From: Tubiluchus corallicola
Lineage: Eukaryota > Animalia > Priapulida
DNA: 64,000 nt
Assembly: GCA_030141605.1 (NCBI GenBank)
Contig: JAQGDQ010000791.1
Coordinates: forward strand, 31,371-95,370
Reading direction: 5' to 3'
A program made the position numbers and the translations under genes. This document shows positions 1-12,494 of the stretch, piece after piece (position 1 is the first letter of the stretch; every line of letters begins with the position of its first letter). Below the pieces are notes generated by a model that worked only from the letters and a program-made list of their open reading frames with translations, ran no database searches and was not told the origin of the DNA.

Positions 1-626
1 TACGACAGACTTCTTCTCAGGGAAGACCACATCCGTAAATATTTGCAAGCAATCCTTCACAAACTGCCCATCTGAAAACGGTTTTCCTTTCTTGGCAATA
101 GTCTCTGCTACTAAAAAGCTAACCTTGGTTGCTGCTTCAGAAATCTGAGTCGCTACTTTGAAGAAGGACTGCTGACCAGCGATACTTTGTTTCAACGAGT
201 TGATTCGATCAGTCCGGGTTTGACCAACCAGGCTATCAAATTTACTAGCATGCTTCGTGCTGTAATGTCGCTTGATGTTGTACTCCTTCTGAACAGCGAT
301 AGTTTCTTGACAAATCAAACACAATACGCTACCAAAATGTTCCGTCACGAAAAAATCTTCCGTCCACGAACATTTGAACAAGCGATTTTCAACATCAATT
401 TTACGTTTCTTATGTGCTGGCGCCGCCATTACTATCTTTACGTTTAAACTGTCTGTCTGCCTTGCGGCGACCTGCTGAGTCAGAAATCGAAGTCACGTGT
501 TAATGACTGTGACCTTCATGGATTGTTGACGACCGGCAAATCTGATAGTTGAGTTACAAGTGCAGCTGTCTATTAAATTTTGACAAAATAAGAGAAACTT
601 CGCGGGCCGTATGTTGGACACTCCTG
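1..626 (-). mobile_element. hAT (Charlie/SPIN group, GTF2IRD2-like) DNA transposon, 5' end; transposase ORF 429->1 runs off the window
   Basis: The minus strand from ATG 429 reads MAAPAHKKRKIDVENRLFKCSWTEDFFVTEHFGSVLCLICQETIAVQKEYNIKRHYSTKH...KKGKPFSDGQFVKDCL with no stop, showing a BED-like CxxC..H..H pattern and the Charlie-type KPFSDG motif. The terminus CAGGAGTGTCCAACATACGGCCCGCG starts at 626, next to GTCTACAC, a Charlie-like target site. Confidence 0.85.
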
Positions 627-1052
627 GTCTACACAAAACACATGTTAACAGAGATTATGGAATAAAGACCAATCCAAATCGGCCGTGGCGAGAATGGCGG
701 CAATTAAGAATGGCCAAACCCGTTAGACCATGTAGTTCTTGTAATTATGACTACGACCATTTCTAGTATAATTTTTTCAAATAAATAAAAAACCGCTCCA
801 CTTAAAGCTTATCCAATAACACCAATGTAAAGTCCGTAACAAGACGCACAATTACGTAACACTTGTTTTAATACCCTTTCTCTCTAAATGAACATTTTTG
901 CCACAATTTATCAGAGCCGTTGTTACCCGAAAACTACACAAAACCGCGTGACCGTCACCGTGAGAGAGAGAGAGAGAGAGATTATTATTATTATAACTCT
1001 ATTTTATTATATATATTAACATAAATACATACATAATATACATAAATTCCCT

Positions 1053-2055
1053 CTATTTGCAGGGACCAGTATGAACATTATTGTAATAAGTTAGAAAATA
1101 ATTACAATTATCCCTTAGTCTCAAAATTGTCTTCATATGCAAACCTTTGTGCCGGAAACAAAACTGCTTTATCTGGTGCCATGTTTTCCACGCCTTTTTC
1201 CTGGTATCTAGCACATGAGCGTTAAAATTTAATTGATTGTCCACTGTGACCCCCAGCACTTTGCTTTTTCTTACATAATCAATAGGATTATTTCCAAATT
1301 TGAGGTTTGGTGGGTCTGGTTCCCAATTCAAAATTTTTGAGTTCTTGTACAAAATGGCTTCAGTTTTGTTTTTGGCACAGTTTATGTTCATCCGCCACTT
1401 CTTACACCAAGTGTACAGTTTATCACAACATTTTTGTGCTTTTAAATAACATTCATAGTTTGTGTCAGCTGTGACATCATCTGCATATTTAAATTTTTCA
1501 CAGCATACTTCATCATCTATTGAATCAAACATGTCAATAACATACAACAAAAACAATAATGGTGACAAAACGGAACCTTGTGGGAGACCCAACTGACAAT
1601 TGTACTTTGGAGATGTATGACCATTAATACGTAAAACAATATTCCTATTTTTTAAAAATGTACTAATAAGACACAACATGTTTCCGTTAATACCATATTG
1701 ATACAACTTGTACAATAGCCCATTAATCCAAACACTGTCGAAAGCTTTTTGAAAGTCGCAAAGAATTGCAATGCAGCTTGTTTTAAGTAAATTTGTTCTA
1801 GTCAGGTTAGAAATAAGCCTGACCAAGTAGCGTACTGTACTGTGCTTGGGCCTGAAGCCTTCTTGCTCATCATCAATAATGTCATATGCATTACAAAATT
1901 GTCTTACACGATTTTCAAGAAGCTTTTCTGCTAGTTTTCCATAGTAGGAGGTAATGCTGATAGGTCTATAATTATTAGGGTCACTATAACCGGACTTGCC
2001 ATTCTTTTTAATAAATGTAACCTTTGAGTCATTCCATGGCCAAATATTGTTGTCT
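1053..2055 (-). mobile_element. Non-LTR retrotransposon (LINE) reverse-transcriptase fragment, truncated
   Basis: The ORF contains NYRPISI, QEGFR, DFQKAFDSV, GLPQGSVLSP and YADD RT motifs. The N-terminus of the listed ORF is only a GA microsatellite (2060-2127). Confidence 0.9.
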
Positions 2056-3980
2056 AAGCGAGAGAGAGAGAGAGAGGGAGAGGGAGAGGGAGAGGGAGAG
2101 GGAGAGAGGGAGATGGAGAGGGAGAGAATTCTTGTAGCACCATTGCAGTTTTCCAAAGAGATAGATGATATTGCTTTTAAAGCTGCGCATGCTCGTTGCG
2201 ACAAACTTGCCTGGATGAAACATTAGCCTACAAAAGGCTAAACCTGCAATTCATAGATACAGTGGCCTATGGGGGGGGGCTTGGATGTCTACTGGATTTA
2301 GCATCCCAGCTAGATGAGTTGGTGCAAGTTATAGAAAAGAAATTGATACAGTAACAAATAGCTAAGTGTTTGGAAATTAAGTTAAAGGAATTCAACTGCT
2401 TCGTATATAAGAGGGTTTATTACTACTGTATACACTGTGACACAAGATATCACAATAATGGATTTTAATAAGATTAATCTTAACGTAGATTATTGTCTTT
2501 TAAATGTAATTTAAACTTCAGTCTATTTTAATTAATGTTAGCTAAAGTTGTATTATAATTAATGTAATGTACTGGAAATCTTGCATTGGCGTGCTTTGTG
2601 GCCTTCGCTTGTTGTTGGCTTTGGCCACCTTGTGGTGATTTTTGACCTAATCACGTGATCAATTTGATCTGGGTTAGAGGCCTACTGTGAAGTGAAGACG
2701 TGTCATAAGTTGATAAGATATTGTCGTTATCTGTTACAATTGCTTATGATTTGGGGCTAATAATATACGTATATACTCTAATTACTTTATTGAATTTAAA
2801 TTTAATTTAAGATAACAGCTAGGTATTAATTAATACGACAGTACAGTGTAGAACTCTTAATTTTGTAAAATTGACTTTTGGCTAGTGTTATTTTTTGTTA
2901 TTTGTTTATTTGTTATTTTTGGCACTAATTTCTTATGTTTAGATGGAATGACATGTTTTGGCAAATAAAGAGCAAAGAAAGAAATTTAATCGAGCTTCGA
3001 ATTTACTTTTGAAAGCCCAAACATGTTGTCGTTGTGAACGACCGAAAATCATAAAAAATACATTTAATTTGCAATTAGACTAATAACCTGTTAAACCGCT
3101 ATTACTGTAGTAGATATGGCTTCTATCTATCTGTTACCTATTCTAAATATGGGTTTAACCTAATAGTAAACGGCTGCTCTAGTTTTGCTATATTCTGTAC
3201 TAGCAGTTGGCTCTTACAAGACATTATATGCAGACATCATTTTACCTATATTTCTGTGGAAACTTCTGTATCAATAAACGTTTAAAGTATATTCTACTGT
3301 TATACCTTTTGTCAACACGACACATGTAATGCAAATTACTATTCGGGTTTCAAGAATTTTTCATAAACTTTTAAAACGTTTAAATAGATTAAGAGAAGGT
3401 TCATTAGGGTACATAAATAAACTTTCTTTCATTAATATGTCCCAGTTAGTTTAAAGTTGGTTTTTCTTCCCCTATAAACGCCATTTCTTTCGTCCGAGTC
3501 TGTACTCTGATATTAAGAATACCAGCATACATCATCATCATCATCATCATCATCAATGAATCATACGTCCAGGGACATGATTCTGCTCACCTCTCTATGC
3601 CAGGACTTCCTACACGCTGCAATGCATTACTACCAGCATACGCCATACAACAGAACAATCGTTATGTCATAACCTGGTTACCATGGTATCACGTGAACGG
3701 TTTATACCTTTGTACAGCATTCTATGTATCCAGCAACGTACATGTACAAGATACTTTGCATCTATGAAATTTTAGTGATGCTGGTTATACTAGTGTTAAT
3801 CATTTATTTGTGATGCCTAGATTAGAATCGCCTATTCATTACGTTGCATGGTGCACGGGACTAATTATCGTTACCTGTTTAGTTATCTTGTTCGTCAAGA
3901 CGGAAGCTATTCGAAGAAATCGTCAAGGTATCGAAGAAAGACGTGTGAATTCATGAAACTCAATGAGTAATTTTATTACA

Positions 3981-4997
3981 AGTTGCAAGTAAAAAAATCT
4001 TGATTATGATTTACGAGTCTTTGTTACCAGTTGCAAGTAAAAAATCTTGATTATGATTTACGAGTCTTTGTTACCAGTTGCAAGTAAAAAAATCTTGATT
4101 ATGATTTACGAGTCTTTGTTACCAGTTGCAAGTAAAAAAATCTTGATTATGATTTACGAGTCTTTGTTACCAGTTGCAAGTAAAAAAATCTTGATTATGA
4201 TTTACGAGTCTTTGTTACCAGTTGCAAGTAAAAAAATCTTGATTATGATTTACGAGTCTTTGTTACCAGTTGCAAGTACAAAAAATCTTGATTATGATTC
4301 ACGAGTCTTTGTTACCAGTTGCAAGTAAAAAAATCTTGATTATGATTTACGAGTCTTTGTTACCAGTTGCAAGTAAAAAAAATCTTGATTATGATTCACG
4401 AGTCTTTGTTACCAGTTGCAAGTAAAAAAATCTTGATTATGATTTACGAGTCTTTGTTACCAGTTGCAAGTACAAAAAATCTTGATTATGATTCACGAGT
4501 CTTTGTTACCAGTTGCAAGTAAAAAAAATCTTGATTATGATTCACGAGTCTTTGTTACCAGTTGCAAGTAAAAAAATCTTGATTATGATTTACGAGTCTT
4601 TGTTACCAGTTGCAAGTACAAAAAATCTTGATTATGATTTACGAGTCTTTGTTACCAGTTGCAAGTAAAAAAAATCTTGATTATGATTCACGAGTCTTTG
4701 TTACCAGTTGCAAGTAAAAAAATCTTGATTATGATTTACGAGTCTTTGTTACCAGTTGCAAGTACAAAAAATCTTGATTATGATTCACGAGTCTTTGTTA
4801 CCAGTTGCAAGTAAAAAAATCTTGATTATGATTTACGAGTCTTTGTTACCAGTTGCAAGTAAAAAAAATCTTGATTATGATTCACGAGTCTTTGTTACCA
4901 GTTGCAAGTAAAAAAATCTTGATTATGATTTACGAGTCTTTGTTACCAGTTGCAAGTAAAAAAATCTTGATTATGATTTACGAGTCTTTGTTACCAG
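3981..4997. repeat. 48-49 bp tandem array, about 21 copies
   Basis: The unit AGTTGCAAGTAAAAAAATCTTGATTATGATTTACGAGTCTTTGTTACC repeats head-to-tail and varies only in the A-run (length or one A>C) and one T/C site. Confidence 0.97.
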
Positions 4998-5012
4998 ATT
5001 TTGTACTTTTGT

Positions 5013-5452
5013 CAGTTGCGTAGCTAACAGGGGAGCAAATTGTCCCAAATCTAATTATTATTATTATATATATTCTTGCCACGTGATTGTTTAGCAGTAA
5101 ACCTACTGATAATTATATAATTACAAATTCAAGTTTCAGGGTCTTTTTTGCTTTATTATGAGGGTGTTCTATGATGTCTGTTGTTAAGATTATTTAGAAA
5201 AACAATCTTACTATCATAGATTTTTTTCTTATAAGGAATGTCATGGAAAAAACTTTTTATTGTGTTTTAATTTTAAACACAAAATAACAATTACGCACTT
5301 CCTTTAAAACTGTATCTTCCTCGTGTTTTGATTCTAAACACAAAGTTAAAATTTATAATCAGTATGTTAAAAATTGTTTGGTATGTGTCATGGCGGCTTT
5401 TTTGTGTGCTTGCCGCCCTCCCTCGTAACTTTAAAACTTGGCTACGCCCCCC
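5013..5452. mobile_element. Non-autonomous hAT-like MITE; a second copy lies at about 11995-12494
   Basis: Ends are CAGTTGCGTAGC and GCTACGCCCC. The internal sequence (AAAATAACAATTAYGCACTTCCTTT...CTTCCTCGTGTTTTGATT) is shared with 12131-12240. Confidence 0.65.
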
Positions 5453-5914
5453 CCCCCCCGAGCGTTGTGTGATCAGTCTGTAACAGCTGAATGGAAAGTT
5501 TTGAAAAGCCTAGTTCTACAAAATTTTTCAAAACACAGGAAATGTTAACTATGAACTATGAATTATTTTCACACATCAAAAAATGCGATATCAAACACAT
5601 TAATAAACTTTAAATAAAATAATTTGAGTAGTGCGAGGTGAGTGTACGACCATTAACACACTCACAGTACTTAAATGAAAAAAATGATTATAGTTATGCA
5701 TGCTTCTGTAGATAACTTAATGTAAATAAGGATGAAGTAAATGATGTAATAATAACAATGGTATAAGAGCAATGAACCTGAAAGTTGAGAAAGGAAAACA
5801 TAATATGTAATTACGACTTTGAGTGAGCCTTAAAAGAGTGAAAAAAAATTTGTAAATAGTTACCAAGGCCTGGCCTTGGTGCACATAATTGCTAACACAA
5901 ATGAAGGTCACTGC

Positions 5915-6802
5915 TAGGGTTGCCACCACTTCTGATTTGGCCTGGAGTCTAGGGTTGCCATCACTCCTGATTTGGCCTGGAGTCGAGGGTTGCCACCACT
6001 CCTGATTTGGCCTGGAGTCTAGGGTTGCCATCACTCCTGGTTTGGCCTGGAGTCGAGGGTTGCCATCGCTCCTGATTTGGCCTGGAGTCTAGGGTTGCCA
6101 TCACTCCTGGTTTGGCCTGGAGTCGAGGGTTGCCATCGCTCCTGATTTCGCCCGGAGTGTCCTGAAATTCAGCAATGATTCGTACTTCAGTCGGATTTGT
6201 AAAAAAATTCAGAAATTTCATGAATTTGACCATCAGATTGAAATTTAGGTGGAAAAAAGCGTAAATACAACTTGCTTGCTATTGAAACTTTGCAAAAGAT
6301 TAAACCAAAAAAACAGCTGCATCTCTGCCAATTAAGGTAACAGTAAATTTATTAAATTGAGTTTAATCACTTGCATGGCTTCATCATTTCGTCCCATGAA
6401 CATTTTTCACCAATTTTTGCTGCAGTGGCAGCTGTTGCAAATCAAATATTCTTCCCGTTTAGCTTGAATTCACATAACATAAAGTGCTTAATATTTTAGT
6501 TGCTAAACCCCGATCCCAGAATCCTCAGAAAACGTGAGAAATGTGACTGGGAAGAAACTCCAGAAATTGATGTAGACTGATTGCACTTTTGTAAGTTTTA
6601 GACTTTTAGGGCCTTTGTGGAGTCTAAAATCAATAATTCGTACTGATTTGCAGTTTGAATTTTTGATTCCAGTTTCTGAAAAAGACCTCATAAAGCATCT
6701 AAAATGCAGGAAATGTTTGGTTTGGACCCCTTGGGGGAGATTACAGGCCCCCTGGCCAAGTCTTCACTCCTGGTTTCAATACATAATGGGGTGGCAACCC
6801 TA
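5915..6802. mobile_element. Non-autonomous hAT-like element with its left end amplified 7 x 35 bp
   Basis: TIRs are TAGGGTTGCCACC and GGTGGCAACCCTA. The flanking 8-mers GTCACTGC and GCCACTGT match 6/8 (TSD). The 35-bp units start at 5916, 5951, 5986, 6021, 6056, 6091 and 6126. Confidence 0.8.
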
Positions 6803-6861
6803 GCCACTGTTAATAAACCATGTTCGTATTCCAGTAATTGTTTATAAATTTTTTATTTTAG

Positions 6862-7451
6862 AATCAATTGAAAATAATGACGTTAGCGTATCTATGAAAC
6901 AGACTCTCAGCGATTCGAGAAATTGTGCAAATAAGACCTCCCACAACAGTAAACATTGCCGTAATAGTACGAAGCTGGAAGATGATTTTTTGTCAACAGA
7001 AAATCATTGTTTATTTCAAATTTTATACTCGAGAGGAAAACTTTGTGTGGCGTGGTGGACAGTGGTCGTTGTTGTTTGCGTAACAGTGACCGTTGTTGTG
7101 GTCATCATTGTTACTGTCATTTATTTCATCGTGGAACAATCAAAATTTCGCGCCAATTCATGGTGGAAATCCGTGAAGCCAGTGACGTCAGTAATGGCGG
7201 AAGGATACCATATTTCACGAGCTAGTAGTAGTGCGGAGAGTTTTCTAAATTCTGTGGATACGTCTTCACCATCGGCGTACACACATACATGCTCACAAGT
7301 ATACACACCCTCATCACAACCAAGACGAAGCACCCGATACACGCCTTTGTATCTCAGTTCACCTGCTTCCCAGTCAAGGTACAATGGACGATACATACGG
7401 TCGTATCATTCGACGCCTTTGTGTAATTCCTCTAGTGGTGACGAGGAATGA
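6862..7451 (+). CDS. Putative terminal exon or ORF of an unknown single-pass membrane protein
   Basis: Non-repetitive 185-aa ORF with one hydrophobic segment (WWTVVVVVCVTVTVVVVIIVTVIYFIV) and an S/T/P/Y-rich tail. A polypyrimidine-AG acceptor at 6860-6861 leads into the same open frame, and AATAAA lies at about 7548. No recognisable domain. Confidence 0.4.
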
Positions 7452-9179
7452 TGTCAGAAGTTGATTTTTATCTGAAAATAATTCTATTTATGTACAAATT
7501 TTTGATGTGTATGCATAGTTAAATTGTTACATGATAATGAATTTTAATAATAAAGTAGCTGTTGATAGATAAATTTGCATTTAGCTTTTTAGAGGAAGTG
7601 ACGTCACCGCCACAGACTCTTTTTTGCTGCAATACGAGTAAAATAGTTGGGTTAATTTTTTATTTATTCTTGTGGTTAAAGCTGCGAGTGAGGCAGCCAC
7701 GATGAGCATCGCAAACTATCAAAGCTTTATTTAATAAGCAACACATTTATTAAAGATCAAACACAACACGGTAAATATAAGAGGATAGTAATGCCAGCCC
7801 TCCGTCTTCAAGTCAGTTCCTCATCTCCCCCCGAGGTGCGGGCCTCAAAACACTTTTGTCTAACTACCTAATGCGCCGTGAGCTTCTGCGCATAAGGATT
7901 TCATCATCAATCTCTGTTTCCAAGTCAGCCGGTCGAACATCAGCTGATCACGTGATGCCACACCTAACTAGGCTTGTATCCACGACGATAGTTTAATCTT
8001 GCATCGTCAAGTATTTAATCTTGGATTATTAATTTAATGATTCAATCACCAATTTAATCAAAATCATTATTTAACAGACCTTTCCTTTACTATACGCACT
8101 ACACGCATCTCTCGGTTTGTCGGATAAAAGCAGGGAGTCGTCGGTCTGAATTTGCCGATTGTCCGTATTTACCGATGCTTAGTCAATACAGTATGCGCCA
8201 TTGTAATGTAGAATCAATCATCTAATTGTCCCAACAACGTCTAGTATGGGCGACTCCTATGTACTGATGACAGTCGACATTTGATTCAAATAACTCCGCA
8301 TAATTGACTCTAAACTTTTATATACACGTGGTTACACTGATGTAAACAAAGTGACGGCCCGCCAACTAGCGGTCAGCTCGGGTGTCTGTTGTTTGCGAGA
8401 CTTTTTCCGGTCCAGATGTTTTTTAATTTTTCCGATATCTGTAAAAACAATGTCTGGCAAACCAATGTATAAGTGTACGTATTATTAAAGTTTCCCCAGA
8501 AAGAGAAAATTAAAGGTCTTTAATTTAAAGATCCACTATTTTAGTAGGATAAAGATTTCGCTTTCATTGCTTTTTCCGTCTGCATCCATTCTTTTCTACC
8601 CCTCTCTCCCTTTTGTTCCCACATTTCTTCCTCTCTCCCTCATTCCCTTCCTTTATCTCCGTCTTTACACCCCCTTTCCTAACCCCCCCTCTCTCTCTCG
8701 TCCTCTTCCCCTCTCCTTTTCCTACATTTTCTGTTTCCCTGCCTCTCTCCTTCTCTATCCCTCTTTTGATCTTTCCTTCGCTCTCTTGTCCTCCTACCCT
8801 ATTTCATTATCCCCTTGTATATTTATCTCTTTATTTCTCGCTCTCCTCTCCTTTTCTTCATACTTTGTCTCTGCTCTCGTTCTCTGTCTCTCCCTGTCTC
8901 TCTCTACCTCCCACTTTCTTTTTTAGATAAGATTCTATCCACTGCTAGGTCATAAAGTACACAAAAAATCACACGAATTACAGATATATTTACAATGATT
9001 ATAAAAAACAAAACTAGAATCATTAAAAAGTAAAATACTATAATTAGAATTATACAATTCTTTTATTTTACTCTTACAGTCTGTTCTCAATTATTCGTAG
9101 CTAGTAAGCCTTTTCATAGTGTCTTTGCTGTAGGTCAAAAGTTAGGTGTCCCACAGCAATGCATCTTAACTACAATCCA

Positions 9180-9524
9180 CATGGATCCACTAGAATTAAA
9201 TAGAATATTGTAGAATGTTCTATAGTATAGTAGAACAATCTTCTTACCTTGTAGAAGTTTCGAGAACTTTCTATTTCTAGATTGTTCCTTTGCACTGATA
9301 TATAAGACAGAGCTGGCTGCTTTATTCTCTCACATTCTCTTGTATTCTCACATTCTCAGATTCTCAGATAGGCTTTCACGTTTCCAGATTATCACATTTA
9401 CTGTATACATTTCGCGTTCCTTCATACTTTTGTGTTGTAGAATTCTCGCATATAAACTAGTTTAATTTGACGAAGTGTTTTCTGGTTTTCTCTACGAGCC
9501 TTCCGAGAGAAACAAAACACAACA
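9180..9524 (+). mobile_element. Solo-LTR-like element, copy 1 (5' end eroded)
   Basis: Reverse-complement homologue of 27878-28244 and 34611-34973. It ends CACAACA and has TATATAA at 9299-9305. Confidence 0.7.
9253..9272. promoter_or_regulatory. Perfect four-pentamer heat-shock element inside the LTR-like element
   Basis: aGAAg-tTTCg-aGAAc-tTTCt, ending about 27 bp upstream of a TATA box. Confidence 0.6.
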
Positions 9525-9969
9525 CTATTAATGCTGGTAATGCTATTATCAGTCACTGACCTCAGCACGTGGGTAAGATGTCAGGAATAAGCATTACCCA
9601 ATTAACGCCACAGATACATGTACTGATTTCAAGAACAAGAACGACTCCACCTACTGGACCAGTCAATATTCATTTGAACTAGGTCAGTCAGCAGGAGACA
9701 TTACCGTGATGACAGATCAGCAGAAGACGTTACCAAGGTGACAGGTCAGCAGAGGTCCGTTGCTAGGGAAAGTTATTTATAACTATGTAACGATGAGTAA
9801 AAATAGTCTACCTAAAATTAGGAACACCAATCTGTATATTAAGGGCTGCAGGAGTAGCAGCTGACATTCTGGATTCTGGACTTCACTCGTGTGCTTCACT
9901 ACCATGTATTACTCTGTACAAGACTTCTCCTGACTGTCAAGATGTCTTATTATTATCATTTATTTTTGA

Positions 9970-10730
9970 GCACACCTGTACGTAAGTTGTTCAGTTAAAA
10001 GAAATTAGTAGACTAGTAGTAAAAGTAAAAATGAATATTAAACACTGACAACAACAACAAGGATATTATCTACATAAAAGAAGACAAAAGCAATTAATTT
10101 AAAGATACTGCATATTGTAACATCTCTCTCAATTAATACGTTGATAAAAAATTAAAATTCTTGTTTTGAATACAGTTTATACAATCTTTTGCTAAGTTTA
10201 TTGTCGCTAGCTGCCTGGAACTCGCATTTTTTGCAATTTTACGAGATAGTACATGAAAATTTCTAAATGCATCGTCTACGATAACATTATTTTCTATAAC
10301 AATTTTATACAAGTTGAAACTGTTTACGGAGTTTGCATATGTAGAATTGTACTACGTTAAAGCTTTACGATCAGACTGATGTTACATTGGTCTTCACACA
10401 GGTCTCTTTATTCAACACTCGAGTTTAATAGTTTGGTGTTTATGTTTAATCAACAAAGACAGTTATAATTTGTTAAAATACCCCATAACAACACCTGCCT
10501 CCTTACTATCACCTGCTGCATATCTAATGTTTGAATAATATAAAAGTTACTCAGAAATCTGATTATTATTTAGGCAAATTAGCTTGATCATAAATTTTGA
10601 TAAACAACTTAAAAAAATTCAACCTTTCAAGTGCCTTTGAGGCATCAACAAAACATATTTGAGCAGGTGTTCTTATTCTACTAAAGAAATCAATTCTTTT
10701 ATTGATTTCTGTAATGGAAAAAAGCACACC
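9970..10730 (-). mobile_element. Highly degenerate LINE RT fragment, probably related to 22690-23780 and 25990-26790
   Basis: The minus strand around 10600-10660 reads CFVDASKALERLNFFKLFIK (compare FFDASKAFDRVNYYKLF in the 23379-23681 ORF). Many stops and frameshifts. Confidence 0.5.
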
Positions 10731-11159
10731 TGTTTAAATATATTTTCTAGCTGCCTCCGAGGCATTTAGATCTCTCCCTCTCTCTTTCTTCTCTCTCTCC
10801 TCTCTTTCCCTCAACCTCTCTCCTCTTGTTTTTTCTCCCCCGCTTTCCATTGTTTATTTTTTATTTTATTTTATTTTATTTTATTTTGTCAGATTTTTAT
10901 TTGTTTTTATTTGTTTATTTTAGAAACCCACAAAAACCATTACAGTGTAGCACTTCGCAAAAGAACATGTTTATTATCTACTCAAAGTGCCAAGCTGCAA
11001 ATGAGTAACGTAGGATGCTCAAGAAGTAATACTTTTTAGGGGCGCCCTATACGAATGTGGATTGAGAAAAAAGGAGGAGTAAAATAGTAAAAAATGTTGA
11101 AAAAGTAGAAAGAAGGATGTGAAGTAACCGTATAAAGTGATATAATCTATAAAAATTGA

Positions 11160-11168
11160 CACTTTCTT

Positions 11169-11202
<34 letters not shown>

Positions 11203-11298
11203 GTCCTCCTTTTCTTTTTCACTCTCTCTTTCTTTCTCTGTCTTTCTTTTTCTCTCTCACTCTCTCCCTTTCTGTCTCTCTTTGTCTCTCTCTCCCTC

Positions 11299-11350
<52 letters not shown>

Positions 11351-11443
11351 GTCCTCCTTTTCTTTTTACACTCTCTCTTTCTTTCTCTGTCTTTCTTTTT
11401 CTCTCTCTTTCTCTTTCTCTCTCTATTTCTTTCTTTCTCACTC

Positions 11444-11484
<41 letters not shown>

Positions 11485-11589
11485 CTCCTTTTCTTTCTCT
11501 CTCTCTCTCTCTTTCTCTGTCTGTCTTTCTCTTTCTCACTCTCTCTCTTTCTTTCACTCTCTCCCTTTCTGTCTCTCTCTCTCTTTCTC

Positions 11590-11626
<37 letters not shown>

Positions 11627-11637
11627 GTCTCTTTCTG

Positions 11638-11724
<87 letters not shown>

Positions 11725-11870
11725 GTCTCTGTCTCTGTCTCTGTCTCTTTCTGTCTCTCTCTCTCTGTCTTTCTCTCTCTTTCTCTCTGTTTGTCTCTGT
11801 CTCTCCCTTTCTCTCTCTCTTTCTCTCTCTCTCCCTCTCTCGCTTTTCCCTCTCTCTCTCTCTCGCTCTC
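11160..11870. repeat. CT/CTGT-rich microsatellite block
   Basis: Long (CT)n and (CTGT)n runs; the ORFs here are low-complexity artefacts. Confidence 0.95.
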
Positions 11871-11994
11871 AGTTTGCACTTCTTGGAAATCGCCCAAAGT
11901 AGAACAACTTAGAAAAAAATTAAGGGCAGTTTTCTTCTGTCCCCCTTCCTCCTATGAAACTTCCTCCCGTACGCCTATGGAACCAAATTACCTC

Positions 11995-12494
11995 AAATCT
12001 AATTCTTATATTATATTCTTGTCGCACGATTGTCTAGTAGTAGGCCTCTGTCAATTATATTTTGCAAAGACAAGTTTCAGTGTTTTTATATTTTGTTATA
12101 CGTAGGCCTATTATTTTGTATAATTTATGCAAAATAACAATTATGCACTTCCTTTGAGACTTTATCTTCCTCGTGTTTTGATTTTAACGACAAAATAGAA
12201 ATGTATAACAAATGTGTTAAAAATAGTTTGGCATATCTCACGGTGTCTTTTTATGTGGTTGCTCCCCCTAAATTTAGAACCTGGCTACGCCCCTGTCACA
12301 GTGTCTTTTTATGTGCTTCCTCCCCGTAACTTTAGAACTTGGCTACGCCCCTGTCACGGTGTTTTTTTATGTGCTTGCTCCCCCTAACTTTAGAACCTGG
12401 CTACGCCCCTGTCACGGTGTTTTTTTATGTGCTTGCTCCCACTAACTTCAGAACCTAGCTACGCCCCTGTCAGGGTGTCTTTTGCTACGCCCCT
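11995..12494. mobile_element. hAT-like MITE copy with its right end amplified about 4.5 x 58 bp
   Basis: Homologous to 5013-5452. The terminal motif GCTACGCCCCTG recurs, ending at 12295, 12353, 12411 and 12469, with a truncated unit ending at 12494. Confidence 0.75.

Noticed and set aside
3665-3980. Solo LTR (TGTCATAA...TTATTACA)
   Set aside because: Inverted termini are present, but there is no convincing TSD and no second copy in the window; left unannotated.
11019-11902. Long ORFs in CT/GA, GT, GAT, ATT, CCAT and satellite tracts (also 23776-24618, 30164-30646, 36083-36907, 38935-39455, 40677-41171, 44607-45194)
   Set aside because: They are low-complexity translations of simple repeats with no coding evidence.
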